From Candidatus Eiseniibacteriota bacterium (lineage in GTDB: Bacteria; Eisenbacteria; RBG-16-71-46), in contig CAVUWA010000004.1 in the NCBI GenBank assembly GCA_963744995.1, forward strand, positions 224,001-288,000: 64,000 bases of DNA. Direction: 5' to 3'. Position 1 is the first letter of the stretch; every line of letters begins with the position of its first letter. Shown here piece by piece: positions 49,038-59,076 of this stretch. The position numbers and the translations under genes were made by a program. The notes below the pieces were generated by a model. That model saw only the letters and a list, made by a program, of their open reading frames with translations. It was not told the DNA's origin and did not search any database.

Positions 49038-49453
49038 AAGCGCGGTAGCGCTGGGGGAGCGGGCGCAGCGGCGGCGCGGCCGGTCCCGACCGGCGCCCCG
49101 GGTGGCCCGCGCGGCGGACCACCGCCCGGGCCACACGCGCCGCCGCAACAATATTCTTTGAAAGGGGTTGCGGAACCACCTTAAACTTACAGGTGAGTTC
49201 CGGCGGAGGGTGGCGGCCGCGGCGCAGGGGCGGAACGAAACGTGCCCTCCATATCTGCTGAGCCCGGGTGGGCTCTGCATCCGGCATGGACGCCGTTCTC
49301 GCCTTCGACGGAGATGCGTCCGTGAACCTCGACCGATTCTCACCACAGGGTCCCCGTCACTTTTCGGGAACGGAACCGGCCCCACCGGGGGTATCAGCGG
49401 TGAGCCCTGCGGGGGACGGGGTTCGAGAGCCACTGACCCGCGCACGCTATGCC

Positions 49454-49900
49454 ATGCCGCGCTTCTGGGGCTGGGTGGCGTGCGCGGCCGTCGCGTTCGG
49501 ACTGCTCGGGCAGGGCGAGAACTGCCGCGTGGATCCCCGCTTCATCTCTCCGAGCGCGACGCTCGCAACCTACTGGACGGCGCTTCGCGACAACGATCTC
49601 GCCACCGTGTACGACTGCTTCACCGTGGGACGGCACGACATGCCTTTCGAAGGCATGCTATGGTTCCTGCCCACCGACGCGCAGGTGAGGCTCGCGGAGT
49701 TCCGCAGCCTGCCGGTGACCGGAGGACGCGTGATGGTGAGCTACGAAGTGCACTACCGCGTGCCCGGCGCCTCGCGTGAAGAGAGTTTCCAGACCGGCAA
49801 CGAACTGGTTCGCGCGAGCGGCGAGTGGCGCATCGCACGCCCGCTGGGCGAAGCCAGCATGCCGGAGTGGCATGCCGTGGAGTCCCCGGTAGGCATCTGA
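49454..49900 (+). CDS. Hypothetical exported protein (start could be upstream at 49286)
   Basis: Hydrophobic N-terminus; SP..T...YW.AL and GEWRI ends typical of small NTF2-like domains. Confidence 0.6.
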   Translation: MPRFWGWVACAAVAFGLLGQGENCRVDPRFISPSATLATYWTALRDNDLATVYDCFTVGRHDMPFEGMLWFLPTDAQVRLAEFRSLPVTGGRVMVSYEVHYRVPGASREESFQTGNELVRASGEWRIARPLGEASMPEWHAVESPVGI

Positions 49901-49961
49901 ACGGACGCCTTCCCAGGCTCCGCGGGTTGACCGGGTGTCGTCGCAGGACCACGAGGCATGC

Positions 49962-51074
49962 ATGTTTCGATCGAAGACCTTCCTCATCACGTCACTTGCC
50001 GCCGTCCTCCTCGCCGCCCCGGCCCACGCCACCAAATACGCCGGTGAATTCCTGAAGATCCCCGTCGGTCCGCGCGCCATCGGCATGGGCGGCGCGTTCA
50101 CGGCGGTTGCCGACGATGCGACGGCGCCCTACTGGAATCCCGCGGGGATGGTCTACCTGCCGTATCGCGAGGTGATCTTCCAGCACTCCGAGAAGTTCGG
50201 CAGCCTCGCCAACCACGACTACGGCACGGTCGTCTTCCCGCTCGGCGGGGCGTCCGGCCACGGGCAGGCGCTGGGCGTATCGTTCGTGCGGCTCGGCGTG
50301 GACGACATTCCGATCACGCCGCGACCGGGAGGCCTCAAGCCCGGCGACTGGCTCGACTACGGCACCGACAACGATCCGACGACCCCGGGCAACGGCCAGG
50401 GCAACGGCATCTGGGATCCGGGCGAGCGGCTGCTGCTGACCTCCGATGATCTCTTCCTCGCGAGTTCCTCCGACATGGCCGGCATGGTGTCGTACGCGCG
50501 CCAGCACGGCACGCACTGGACCTTCGGCGGCAACCTGAAGTTCGTGCGCCAGAGCCTGCCCGACACGATTCCGGGCAAGCACGTCACCTCGTTCGGCGCG
50601 GGACTCGACGCCGGGGCGCTGTTCATGCCGACCGATGCGATCACGATCGGCGCGACGCTGCGCGACCTCACCACCACGTACCTGGCCTGGAGCAACGGCA
50701 CGCGCGAGCTGATCGTGCCGACCCTGCAGACCGGTGCGGCGTTCAGCTTCTTCCCGGCGCCGAAGCACGCGCTGACCTGTGCGATCGACCTCGACTGGGG
50801 CTTCGAGCGGCGCAAGGCCGACAGCCAGATCCACCTGGGCGGCCAGACCTGGGACGTGCGCACCGGGCTCGAGTACTGGTACGCGAACATGCTGGCGCTG
50901 CGCGCCGGGGTCAACGGCAAGGATCTCGCGTTCGGGGCGGGCATCCGCTACAAGCAGGTCGGCATCGACTACGCCGCCTCGCTGCACCGCTTCTTCGCCT
51001 CCGACGATCCGGACTTCCCCGACGACACGAATCTCGACGCGACCCACATCGTCGGGCTCGGCGTGAGCTGGTAG
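49962..51074 (+). CDS. PorV/PorQ-like outer-membrane beta-barrel
   Basis: FLKIPVGPRAIGMGGAFTAVADDATA.YWNPAG; G.EY....LALRAG; terminal Trp. Confidence 0.85.
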   Translation: MFRSKTFLITSLAAVLLAAPAHATKYAGEFLKIPVGPRAIGMGGAFTAVADDATAPYWNPAGMVYLPYREVIFQHSEKFGSLANHDYGTVVFPLGGASGHGQALGVSFVRLGVDDIPITPRPGGLKPGDWLDYGTDNDPTTPGNGQGNGIWDPGERLLLTSDDLFLASSSDMAGMVSYARQHGTHWTFGGNLKFVRQSLPDTIPGKHVTSFGAGLDAGALFMPTDAITIGATLRDLTTTYLAWSNGTRELIVPTLQTGAAFSFFPAPKHALTCAIDLDWGFERRKADSQIHLGGQTWDVRTGLEYWYANMLALRAGVNGKDLAFGAGIRYKQVGIDYAASLHRFFASDDPDFPDDTNLDATHIVGLGVSW

Positions 51075-51090
51075 CGCGCGCCGCACGCCG

Positions 51091-51128
51091 AAACGCCCCC
51101 GCGCCGTCGAGGTCGCGGGGGCGTTTTT
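51091..51128. terminator. Intrinsic terminator between convergent genes
   Basis: AAACGCCCCCGCG...CGCGGGGGCGTTT followed by TT. Confidence 0.75.
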
Positions 51129-51145
51129 CGCTGCGGCGGGGAAGG

Positions 51146-53158
51146 TCAGCCGGTCGGGATCCTGAGCCGCTGGCCCGCGCGGATCACCGATGACTTGAGG
51201 CCGTTCGCGCGCTGGATCGCGCCGACCGTGGTGCCGTGCCGTCGCGCGATGCCGCCGAGCGTCTCGCCGCGCCGCACCGTATGAACGCCGGAGCGGGTGC
51301 TGTGCGGGGCGTACGCCGTGCGGCGCGAGCCCGGAATGCGCAGCCGCTGCCCCGCGCGGATCATGCTCGAGCGGAGCCGGTTCGCACGCTTGAGCGACGT
51401 CACGCTCACCCCGTAGCGCTGCGCGATGCCGCCGAGCGTCTCGCCGCGATGCACGCGGACCGTCGTGATGATCGTGCCCGTGTAGTGCCGCATGCCCGGC
51501 GGCTTGAGCTGCGCGATCTCGGCACTGTCGCTGGCCGCCAGCTGCATGGCCGCGGCGGGTCCGGTGCGCACCTTGAGTCGCATGCCCGGGCGCACGCGGC
51601 TCGAGTTGAGCAGGTTCCACGTTTTGAGGTCTTCCACGGTCACGCCGTGGGCTTCGGCGATGTCGCTCAGGGTCTCGCCGCGCTTCACCCGCACCATGTA
51701 ACGGCCCTCGGCGTCCGAGCCGCTGATGTTGAGCTGGGCCGGCACCCGGATGTTGCGCTCGGGCACGTAGGCGGTGGACGCGCGCGGGTCGTCGGCATCG
51801 AGCGACGCGAGCTTCGGCGGGGCCATGGCGGTGGGAATCATCAGCTGCTGGCCGATGCGCAGGTAGTTCTTCCTGCCGATCTTGTTCTCGAGCGCCAGCA
51901 GATTCGGGCTCACCCGGTAGCGCGATGCGATGCCCGACAGCGTCTCGCCCTTGCGCACGGTGTGGGCGAGCTGCGCCCGCTGCTTCGGCGCGTCGCCGCT
52001 CTCCAGTTTGGCGGTGATCTTGTCGCCCAGTCCGGCGGGCACGCGAATCGTGGTGATGTTCTGCCCGCCGCGGGCGCCGCTGTGCAGGACGCTCGGATTC
52101 AGCTCGCGCAGGCGCTGGGCCGGGCACTCGCAGAGTTTGGCGATCACGTTGAGGTCCACGCCGCCTTCGAGCGCGATCTCATCGAAGTCGAGCGGGTCGT
52201 CGCGCTCGACCTGGTCGAAGCCGTACTTCGCGGGGTCGCGCCCGATCGCGAGGACCGCCATGAACTGCGGAACGTAGTCCTCGGTCTGCCGCGGCAGGTG
52301 CAGGTCCCAGTAATTGGTGGTGCCCTGCATCTTGATCTCGCGCAGCATCCGGCCCTCGCCCGCGTTGTAGGAGGCGAGCGCGAGCGGCCAGTCGCCGAAG
52401 ATCGTATAGAGGTGCTTGAGGTAGCGGGCGGCGGCGACGGTCGACTTCTCCGGATCGCGGCGCTCGTCGATCCACTTGTTGATGGTCAGCCCGAACAGGC
52501 GTCCGGTCGAGCGCAGGAACTGCCACGGCCCGACGGCCGCCGCGCGCGAACGCGCATGCAGGTTGAAGCCGCTCTCCACGAACACGAGGTGGGCCAGGTC
52601 CGGCGGCACGCCTTCCTTCTGCAGGGTGCGCTGGAACAGATCCATGTACGCGCCCGAGCGTTTCCACCAGCGCTCGAACGTCTTGCGCCCGGTGGTCGTG
52701 TAGTACGTGATCCAGCGCTCGACCTCGGGGTTCATCTGCGCCTCGAGATCGTAGGCGGCCGGCGCATTGAGTACGGAATCGTCCGCCTCGTTGCCGGCGG
52801 CGGCGGCGGCCACGGCGGCCGCGCGGTCGCTGCGGGCGGCGTCGGCGAGCCCGGCGAGGCGCGTGCGCAGGTCGTTGAGGTCGAGGCGCTGGTGCGGGCT
52901 GAGATCGCCCGCGAGCAGGGCGTCCACGTCCTCGACCGCACCGTCGGCAATGTCGATGGCGTCGTCGAAATCGCCGACCTGGCGCTGTGCCCAAGCGGCG
53001 CGATAGGCGACCTTGATGGCGTGGATGCCGTCGAGGGCGGACGCCGAAGTCGAATCGGCGGCCGTCTGCGCCGCCGGGGCCGCGCTGACCGCGACCGAGG
53101 CGACCGGCGCGGGGCTCGCGGTGGCGAGAACGGTGAGTAGCAGGGCGAGATGGGCCAA
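51146..53158 (-). CDS. MltD-like lytic transglycosylase with four LysM domains
   Basis: GGAG then TTG; VESGF, AVGPWQF, ASYNAGEG, YVP; four V..GETL..IA repeats. Confidence 0.9.
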   Translation of the reverse strand: MAHLALLLTVLATASPAPVASVAVSAAPAAQTAADSTSASALDGIHAIKVAYRAAWAQRQVGDFDDAIDIADGAVEDVDALLAGDLSPHQRLDLNDLRTRLAGLADAARSDRAAAVAAAAAGNEADDSVLNAPAAYDLEAQMNPEVERWITYYTTTGRKTFERWWKRSGAYMDLFQRTLQKEGVPPDLAHLVFVESGFNLHARSRAAAVGPWQFLRSTGRLFGLTINKWIDERRDPEKSTVAAARYLKHLYTIFGDWPLALASYNAGEGRMLREIKMQGTTNYWDLHLPRQTEDYVPQFMAVLAIGRDPAKYGFDQVERDDPLDFDEIALEGGVDLNVIAKLCECPAQRLRELNPSVLHSGARGGQNITTIRVPAGLGDKITAKLESGDAPKQRAQLAHTVRKGETLSGIASRYRVSPNLLALENKIGRKNYLRIGQQLMIPTAMAPPKLASLDADDPRASTAYVPERNIRVPAQLNISGSDAEGRYMVRVKRGETLSDIAEAHGVTVEDLKTWNLLNSSRVRPGMRLKVRTGPAAAMQLAASDSAEIAQLKPPGMRHYTGTIITTVRVHRGETLGGIAQRYGVSVTSLKRANRLRSSMIRAGQRLRIPGSRRTAYAPHSTRSGVHTVRRGETLGGIARRHGTTVGAIQRANGLKSSVIRAGQRLRIPTG

Positions 53159-53329
53159 AAGAGCGGTCTCCGAAATCTTGGGGTTTGGCCTCGGGGGACC
53201 GAAGTGCGGATCGCGAAAAGTTACAGGCGCGGCATGCAAGATGCAACGAACTTGCCCGACCGCGATATCCGTTTGCGTCCGAAGTGGGTTCGGTTACGGC
53301 CCGTTGTGGACCGCAAGCCCTAGTGTAGG

Positions 53330-53344
53330 GCAAGGGTTGTGCCA
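53330..53344 (-). promoter_or_regulatory. Sigma-54 (-24/-12) promoter candidate for the MltD-like gene
   Basis: Minus strand TGGCAC-AACCC-TTGC matches TGGCAC-N5-TTGC. Confidence 0.6.
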
Positions 53345-53450
53345 CAAGCCTCTCGCACGTTGACACTTGCGGGGGCCTCGTCTAGCGTGCCGAATCAGCT
53401 CTGGATGAGCACCAAACGCCCTTGTGCGTCCGGGGAAGGAGCCCCTCAAG

Positions 53451-56400
53451 ATGAACGCGCCAGACCTCAACGCCGGCCAGTGGATGGTGGATGTTCGCCC
53501 GCGCGGCGAAATCCTGACCGCCTCCGCCGGCGACGCCTCCATCGAGCTGGGGGTGCTCGGCATTCCGAGCGGCTACAGCGCGGCCGAGATCGAGGGATGG
53601 CTCCACGACCTCATCGGTGTGGCCCGCGAGACCGCGCGTGAAGACGAGCGGGTGCGGCCGATTCCCGCCCTGCTGCATCACGGCCTGACCGGACTGCTGT
53701 TCTCGCACGCCCAGCTCTGGAACCGCGACGGCGAGCGGCACCCGGCCTCGTATGCGGTGGTGCGGGTGAACGGCATGCTCGGCTTCGGCTGGATCGGCGC
53801 CGCCGAAGTGTCGGTGACGGTCGCCGGCGCCCCGGCCGATCCGGGCGAAGTCATCGTCCGGGACGACGAGGGCCGCGAGGCGCGCGCGTTCGAGCTGCCC
53901 GGAGAGGGTCCGGTCGAGATCCACCTGACGTGGTCGGCCGGCGAGCCGCAGCCGCTCGTCGAACTCGACGCACGCTGGGAAGCGGCCGCGGCGCCGGGCG
54001 CGCCGCAAGCCGCGCCGCATGAAGCACCGCCCGCCGCGCCACGGCTCGCGGACGACGATGACTTCGAGCAGCCGCGCACGATGATCCCGGCGGCCGCGGC
54101 GTTCGCGCCCGACGCAGCCGCGGAGGCGCCGGCCGCGCCCGCGTTCGAGGTGCCCGTCGCGCCGGACCCCGACATCGAGAGTCCGGCCGCACCCGCGTTC
54201 GAGGTGCCCGTCGCGCCGGACCCCGACATCGAAAGTCCGGCCGCGCCCCGGATCGCGCCGCAGGGTCCGGTGACGCCGATGGAAGGGATCGAGCGCGAGA
54301 CGTTCGCGCCGTTCCCGCCGGACGAGCCGCCGCCCCCGCAAGCCGAGCCGTCGTTCCTCGAGAGTGACGGCGAGCCGCTCGATCTCGGCGCCGGCACGGC
54401 GCGGCCCGTCGCACCACCCGCCGCCGCGCCGCCGCCCGCCGCACAGCCGCCCGGCACGCTAGCCGCCGCCGCGCCGCCGCCGCGTCCGGTGGATCAAGTC
54501 CAGGCACCCGCCGCAGCGCCGCCGCCCGTCGCGCCGGGTGGCGCGCCGCCGCTCGAGCCGGCCGCGGCACGTGCGCCGTCGCACGAGCCCCCGCAGGCGG
54601 TGGCGCCCGAAGCCGAAATGCCCGCGCCCGCCGCGCAGCAGGAGGTCCTGCCGATCGAGTCGCACACCGCGGGAATCGCGCTCGACGAGCGTGAAGGCGA
54701 CGCGCCCGAGCCGATCGACAGGGACCGGGCGGACGAGGGCGAAGCGCGGCCGAGCCGTCTGCGGCGCATGTTCGCGCGTTTCGCGATCTGGCGCCGCGAG
54801 GAACCGAGCGCGGACGCCCTGCCCGGCGCGGAACGCGAGCCGCAGGCGCATGACGTCCCCGGCGTTCCCCAACAGGTGCCGCCGACGCCGGAATCCCCCG
54901 AGATCACCGAGCGCGCCGTGCACGCTCCGGCCGCCTCCGCACCGGACCATGCGGAGGTGCTCGTCGGTGAGGCGGAGCGCATGGAGACCGTGGTCGCGGC
55001 AGGCGCGAACGCGGGTCCGGTGGCGGGTGCCGAGGCAGCCGAGCCCCCCGGCCGCGGCGACGCGCCGATCGCCGAGAGCGCGTCCGGCGAACCGGTGCTG
55101 CCCGCCCCGTTCGAGGCCGAAGCGGCGCATGCCGCGCCGCCGCTGGAGCCGCACGTCGTGGATCCGGCCGCGCCGCAGGCGAGCGAACCCGCCATGTCGC
55201 AGGCGAGCGAGCCCGCCGCTGCGCCGGCGCCCGCACCACCCGCCGAGGGCGTCGTCACGCGCACGCCGATGCACCCGCACTGGCCGAGCGCCGAAGAGCT
55301 GCGCCCGCCGGCGCCGCTCTGGAAGCGGCCGTGGGCATGGGCCGTGGTCGTCGTGGCGCTGTTCGCGGGGGGCTGGCTGATCGGCCACATGAACGACGAG
55401 CGCCGCGCCGGCGCCGCGCGCGGCGTGCGCGAGGCGCTGCGCGCGATCGGAATCGGCGGTGCGCGCTTCGAGGTCATGGTGAACAGCCGCCCCGCGGGCG
55501 CCTGGATCACGCTCGACGGCAAGGATCTCGCGCGGCGCACGCCGGCCACGGTCGAGATGGAGCCGGGCGAGCACGACGTCACGCTGTCGTTCTCCGATCT
55601 CGGCGGGGCGACGTTCCAGGTCCGCGGCACCGACGGCGACCGCGTGACGCTGAACCCGGCGCTGTGGGGATCGCTCAACGTGTATTCGAGCGACGCCGAG
55701 GTGCCGGTCGCGGTCGCGGTGGACGGTGTCGCACGCGGCTTCGCGCCCACCCGCATCGACAGCCTGCAGCCGGGCGCGCACGACGTGCGCTTCTCGGGCC
55801 CGGGACTGCCGTCGTGGGGGCAGACCGTCGAGATTCGGGTGGGCGAGGGCGCGGACCTGATCGCGCGGCCGATGACCTCTCCGGCGACCGGCGTGATCGA
55901 GGTGCGCGCCTCGCTGGCGACCGCGACCGGCTCGACCGACGTCGACGGCGCGCAGGTGTGGCTCGACGCCCGGCCGGCCGGGACGACGCCGCTCACCCTC
56001 GAGCTGCCGCGCGGTCCGCACAGCATCCGCATCGAGTACCAGGGCGAGAGCGCGCCGGTTCAGGTGATCGACCTGCCGGGCGGCAATCAGCGTTTCGCGA
56101 ACTTCATGCTGAACCCGGGCACCGACTTTCCCACGCTCACGCTGATCGATCCGCCGGCGGTGATTCCGCTCGATCGCCCGACCGTCGTATCGGCCGCGCT
56201 CGAAGGTGTCGACTCGGCCGAGATCCACGAGATGTGGCTGCACGTGCAGACCCCGGACGGCCCGTGGCGCCGCTATCAGATGGCGTGGCTCCGGGCGCCG
56301 GGCGGCACCGTCGGCGTGGCGGTGTTCCCGACCACGCTGTTCGACGCCGACGGTCACGTCGAGTGCTACGTCAGCGCGGCGACGCAGGCGGGCGACGAAT

Positions 56401-56468
56401 ACTTCAGCGAGATCCAGGTGATGTCGCGTCCCGACGCGAAGCCGCCGGCGGCCGTCAGGAAGCGCTGA
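53451..56468 (+). CDS. Single-pass membrane protein with Pro/Ala-rich linker and three PEGA domains
   Basis: AAGGAG then ATG; TM WAWAVVVVALFAGGWLI; S.P.GA.I.LDG...TP....PGEH motifs. Confidence 0.8.
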   Translation: MNAPDLNAGQWMVDVRPRGEILTASAGDASIELGVLGIPSGYSAAEIEGWLHDLIGVARETAREDERVRPIPALLHHGLTGLLFSHAQLWNRDGERHPASYAVVRVNGMLGFGWIGAAEVSVTVAGAPADPGEVIVRDDEGREARAFELPGEGPVEIHLTWSAGEPQPLVELDARWEAAAAPGAPQAAPHEAPPAAPRLADDDDFEQPRTMIPAAAAFAPDAAAEAPAAPAFEVPVAPDPDIESPAAPAFEVPVAPDPDIESPAAPRIAPQGPVTPMEGIERETFAPFPPDEPPPPQAEPSFLESDGEPLDLGAGTARPVAPPAAAPPPAAQPPGTLAAAAPPPRPVDQVQAPAAAPPPVAPGGAPPLEPAAARAPSHEPPQAVAPEAEMPAPAAQQEVLPIESHTAGIALDEREGDAPEPIDRDRADEGEARPSRLRRMFARFAIWRREEPSADALPGAEREPQAHDVPGVPQQVPPTPESPEITERAVHAPAASAPDHAEVLVGEAERMETVVAAGANAGPVAGAEAAEPPGRGDAPIAESASGEPVLPAPFEAEAAHAAPPLEPHVVDPAAPQASEPAMSQASEPAAAPAPAPPAEGVVTRTPMHPHWPSAEELRPPAPLWKRPWAWAVVVVALFAGGWLIGHMNDERRAGAARGVREALRAIGIGGARFEVMVNSRPAGAWITLDGKDLARRTPATVEMEPGEHDVTLSFSDLGGATFQVRGTDGDRVTLNPALWGSLNVYSSDAEVPVAVAVDGVARGFAPTRIDSLQPGAHDVRFSGPGLPSWGQTVEIRVGEGADLIARPMTSPATGVIEVRASLATATGSTDVDGAQVWLDARPAGTTPLTLELPRGPHSIRIEYQGESAPVQVIDLPGGNQRFANFMLNPGTDFPTLTLIDPPAVIPLDRPTVVSAALEGVDSAEIHEMWLHVQTPDGPWRRYQMAWLRAPGGTVGVAVFPTTLFDADGHVECYVSAATQAGDEYFSEIQVMSRPDAKPPAAVRKR
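54129..54248 (+). repeat. 54-bp in-frame direct repeat (PAAPAFEVPVAPDPDIES x2)
   Basis: Two near-identical copies at 54129 and 54183. Confidence 0.85.
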
Positions 56469-56591
56469 TCGCTTCGTCTACCTGATGCTCGGGCCCGTCC
56501 ACGTCGTGGACGGGCCCGGCGCGGCTCGTGCGCCGCCGGCCGCGAACGGCGCGGCCGCAGCGCTGGCACGGCTCTTTCCCCGCGCGCGGGC

Positions 56592-58973
56592 ATGGGCGCC
56601 CGAATTGCCGTCGCTCCCGCGGTCGCGATGTGGGCCGGAGCGCTGGCGGGTCTCGCGGGTGCGCCGGCCGCATACGCGTTCGCGCTCGTGCCGCTCGCCG
56701 CGCTGGCGCTCGTCCGCGGCCGCCGCTGGCCGGGCCTCGCAGGCCTGGCGCTGCCGGCGCTGTTCGCGCTCGCCGGCGCGCTGCTGGGCGCGGCGCATCG
56801 CGGGCGCATCGAAGTCCAGCGCGCGCAGGTCGAAGCCGGCGACGGGCTGTTCCGGCTCGAGGTCACGGTCATGGGGCCGGGGGCACGCGGCGGCGAGTGG
56901 ATCGAGGCCCGCGTGACCGCCGCCGCGCCGCCGCTCATCGCGGGCACGCGCCTGCATCTGCGCATGCCGGAGGGACGTCCGGCGGTGTGGGGGGACCGTC
57001 TGGCGTGCCTCGCGACGCTCGAGGTGGCGCCCGGACGCCGCAACCCGGGGGGCTTCGACGCGCGCGCCGCCGATTTCGCGCGCGGCATCGCGGCGCGCGG
57101 ACGCATTCACGCGATCGCGCGGCACGACTCGACCGGGGCGGGCGCCTGGCCGCGCGCGACCGTGGCGCGCTGGCGCCGCGCCGTGGAGCGGCTGCTCGAT
57201 GCGCATCTCGACGACACGGCGCGCGCCTACGCGATTCCGCTGATGATCGGCGATCGCAGCGGTCTCAGCCCCGAGCAGCGCGCGCGCGTGCGCGATGCGG
57301 GGCTCGCGCATCTGCTCGCGCTCTCGGGGCTGCACGTCGCCTGGCTCGCCTGGCTGACGCGTGCGGCGGTGATCGCCGCGGGCGGCGGACGGATCGCACG
57401 CGCGCTCGCCGGCGCCGCTGCGGCGCTCGCCTACCTGGGCCTCGCCGGACCGCTGCCGGCGCTCGCCCGCGCGGCCACGACCGAGCTGCTCGCCGCCGTG
57501 GCACGCGCGACGCAGCGCGCCCTCGATCCGCTGCAGGCGCTGGCGCTCAGCGTCGTGCTGCTCATCGCCTGGCGGCCCGGCTGGGCGCTGGACCTCGGTT
57601 TCCAGCTCTCGTGTGCGGCGACCTGCGGGCTGGTGCTGGCCGTGCCCGTGCATGGGGCGGAGCCGGCGGCGCCCGCGTGGCGACGCCGGATCGGCACCGG
57701 GGTGCGCGCCACCGCCGCCGCGCAGCTTGCGGCGGGGCCGCTGCTCGTCACCCGCTTTCACGGCCTGTCGTGGAGCGTGTGGCTCGCCAACCTGCCGGCG
57801 GTGCCGGCGGCGGGGCTGCTGCTCGCCCTGCTCTGGGGCGCGGTGCTCGCGGACCTCGCCGCGCCCGGGTCGGGCGCGCCGCTGTGGGCGGCGTGCGGCG
57901 CCGCGGCGCGGGTGCTCGATACGATCGCGCGCGCCGCGGCGGCGCTGCCGTCCGCATTCCTCCCGTGCGGCGCCGGCGTGGCGCTGCTGCTCGCGGCCGC
58001 AGGCGTGTGTCTGGCCGCGGGGCGACTGTCGAAGCCCGCGCTGCTGGACCTCGCACCGCCGCCCGGCGGCGCGGTGCACCGCGCGCATGCGCTCGGTGCC
58101 GTGCTCGCGCTCGCGGCGCTGGTGGTCCTGTTGGTGCCGGCGCCGTTGCGCCCTGCGGCCGGGCGCGTGTGGGTCGTCACGCTCGACATCGGACAGGGCG
58201 ACGCGATCGCGCTCGCCGCGGCCGACGGCTGGTGGCTGATCGACGCCGGCCCCAGAGCCCCCGGTTACGACGCGGGGGAGAGCATCGTGGTGCCGTTCTT
58301 TCGCTGGGCGGGCGTGCGCAGGCTCTCCGGGTTGCTCGTCACGCACATGGACGCCGACCACTCGGGGGGCGCGCGTGCGGTGTGGCGTGCACTCGATCCC
58401 GCGCGGGTCGTGGGCCCTGATTCCGGCGCGGCCCTGCTGCGACCGCCGCGCCGCGCCGCATGGCGGCGCACGGCGGCCGGCGACACGCTGCGCACCGATC
58501 CCGCACTGATCGTGCTGTGGCCCCCGGCGGAGTTCCGCAGCCCGCTGCGCAACGAGCGCTCCGCGGTGACGCTGCTCGAGGTCGGCGGCACGCGGGCGCT
58601 GTTCATGGCCGACGCCGACAGCGTGGTCGAAGCGCGCCTCGCGCCGCCGCCGGGGGTGCGCCTCCTCAAGGCGGGTCACCACGGCGCGCGCTCATCGAGC
58701 GCGGTCGGATTCCTCGCACGCGTCGCGCCCGAGCTCGCGGTGATCTCGGCCGGCCGGGGCAACCGGTTCGGTCATCCGCACCCGGAGGTGCTGGAACGGC
58801 TCGCCGCGGCCGGCGTCGGGGTGCGGCGCACCGATCGCGAGGGGGCGATCTGGATCGAGCTCTCGAAGGGAGCAATGCGCGAGGTGGACTGGCGCCGCAG
58901 CGCCCCCGGCCGCGCGCGCACGGCGGCCGTGCCGGCCGCGCCGGCGCTGCGGACGGCGCCACGTTGCGAGTAG
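56592..58973 (+). CDS. comEC: DNA internalization competence protein ComEC/Rec2
   Basis: NPGGFD, GLAHLLALSGLHV, GFQLS, DIGQGD, THMDADH, GHHGARSS, NRFGHP. Confidence 0.9.
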   Translation: MGARIAVAPAVAMWAGALAGLAGAPAAYAFALVPLAALALVRGRRWPGLAGLALPALFALAGALLGAAHRGRIEVQRAQVEAGDGLFRLEVTVMGPGARGGEWIEARVTAAAPPLIAGTRLHLRMPEGRPAVWGDRLACLATLEVAPGRRNPGGFDARAADFARGIAARGRIHAIARHDSTGAGAWPRATVARWRRAVERLLDAHLDDTARAYAIPLMIGDRSGLSPEQRARVRDAGLAHLLALSGLHVAWLAWLTRAAVIAAGGGRIARALAGAAAALAYLGLAGPLPALARAATTELLAAVARATQRALDPLQALALSVVLLIAWRPGWALDLGFQLSCAATCGLVLAVPVHGAEPAAPAWRRRIGTGVRATAAAQLAAGPLLVTRFHGLSWSVWLANLPAVPAAGLLLALLWGAVLADLAAPGSGAPLWAACGAAARVLDTIARAAAALPSAFLPCGAGVALLLAAAGVCLAAGRLSKPALLDLAPPPGGAVHRAHALGAVLALAALVVLLVPAPLRPAAGRVWVVTLDIGQGDAIALAAADGWWLIDAGPRAPGYDAGESIVVPFFRWAGVRRLSGLLVTHMDADHSGGARAVWRALDPARVVGPDSGAALLRPPRRAAWRRTAAGDTLRTDPALIVLWPPAEFRSPLRNERSAVTLLEVGGTRALFMADADSVVEARLAPPPGVRLLKAGHHGARSSSAVGFLARVAPELAVISAGRGNRFGHPHPEVLERLAAAGVGVRRTDREGAIWIELSKGAMREVDWRRSAPGRARTAAVPAAPALRTAPRCE

Positions 58974-59076
58974 TCTCCTGCCGCTCGGGACGCGGTTTCC
59001 GCCGCCGGTCTCCATGGACCGCGTGCCATGCCGGCGCCCTCTTGCGGTCCGCGAACCGGTCGGGCTAGATTGCGAC

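Noticed and set aside
53250..53320. c-di-GMP-I riboswitch (minus-strand CCGAA...TTCGGACGCAAA)
   Set aside because: Only the GGACGCAAA word matches; no GNRA tetraloop or receptor stem is evident
58974..59076. ZTP or purine riboswitch upstream of purN-purH
   Set aside because: No recognisable conserved motifs in this short spacer
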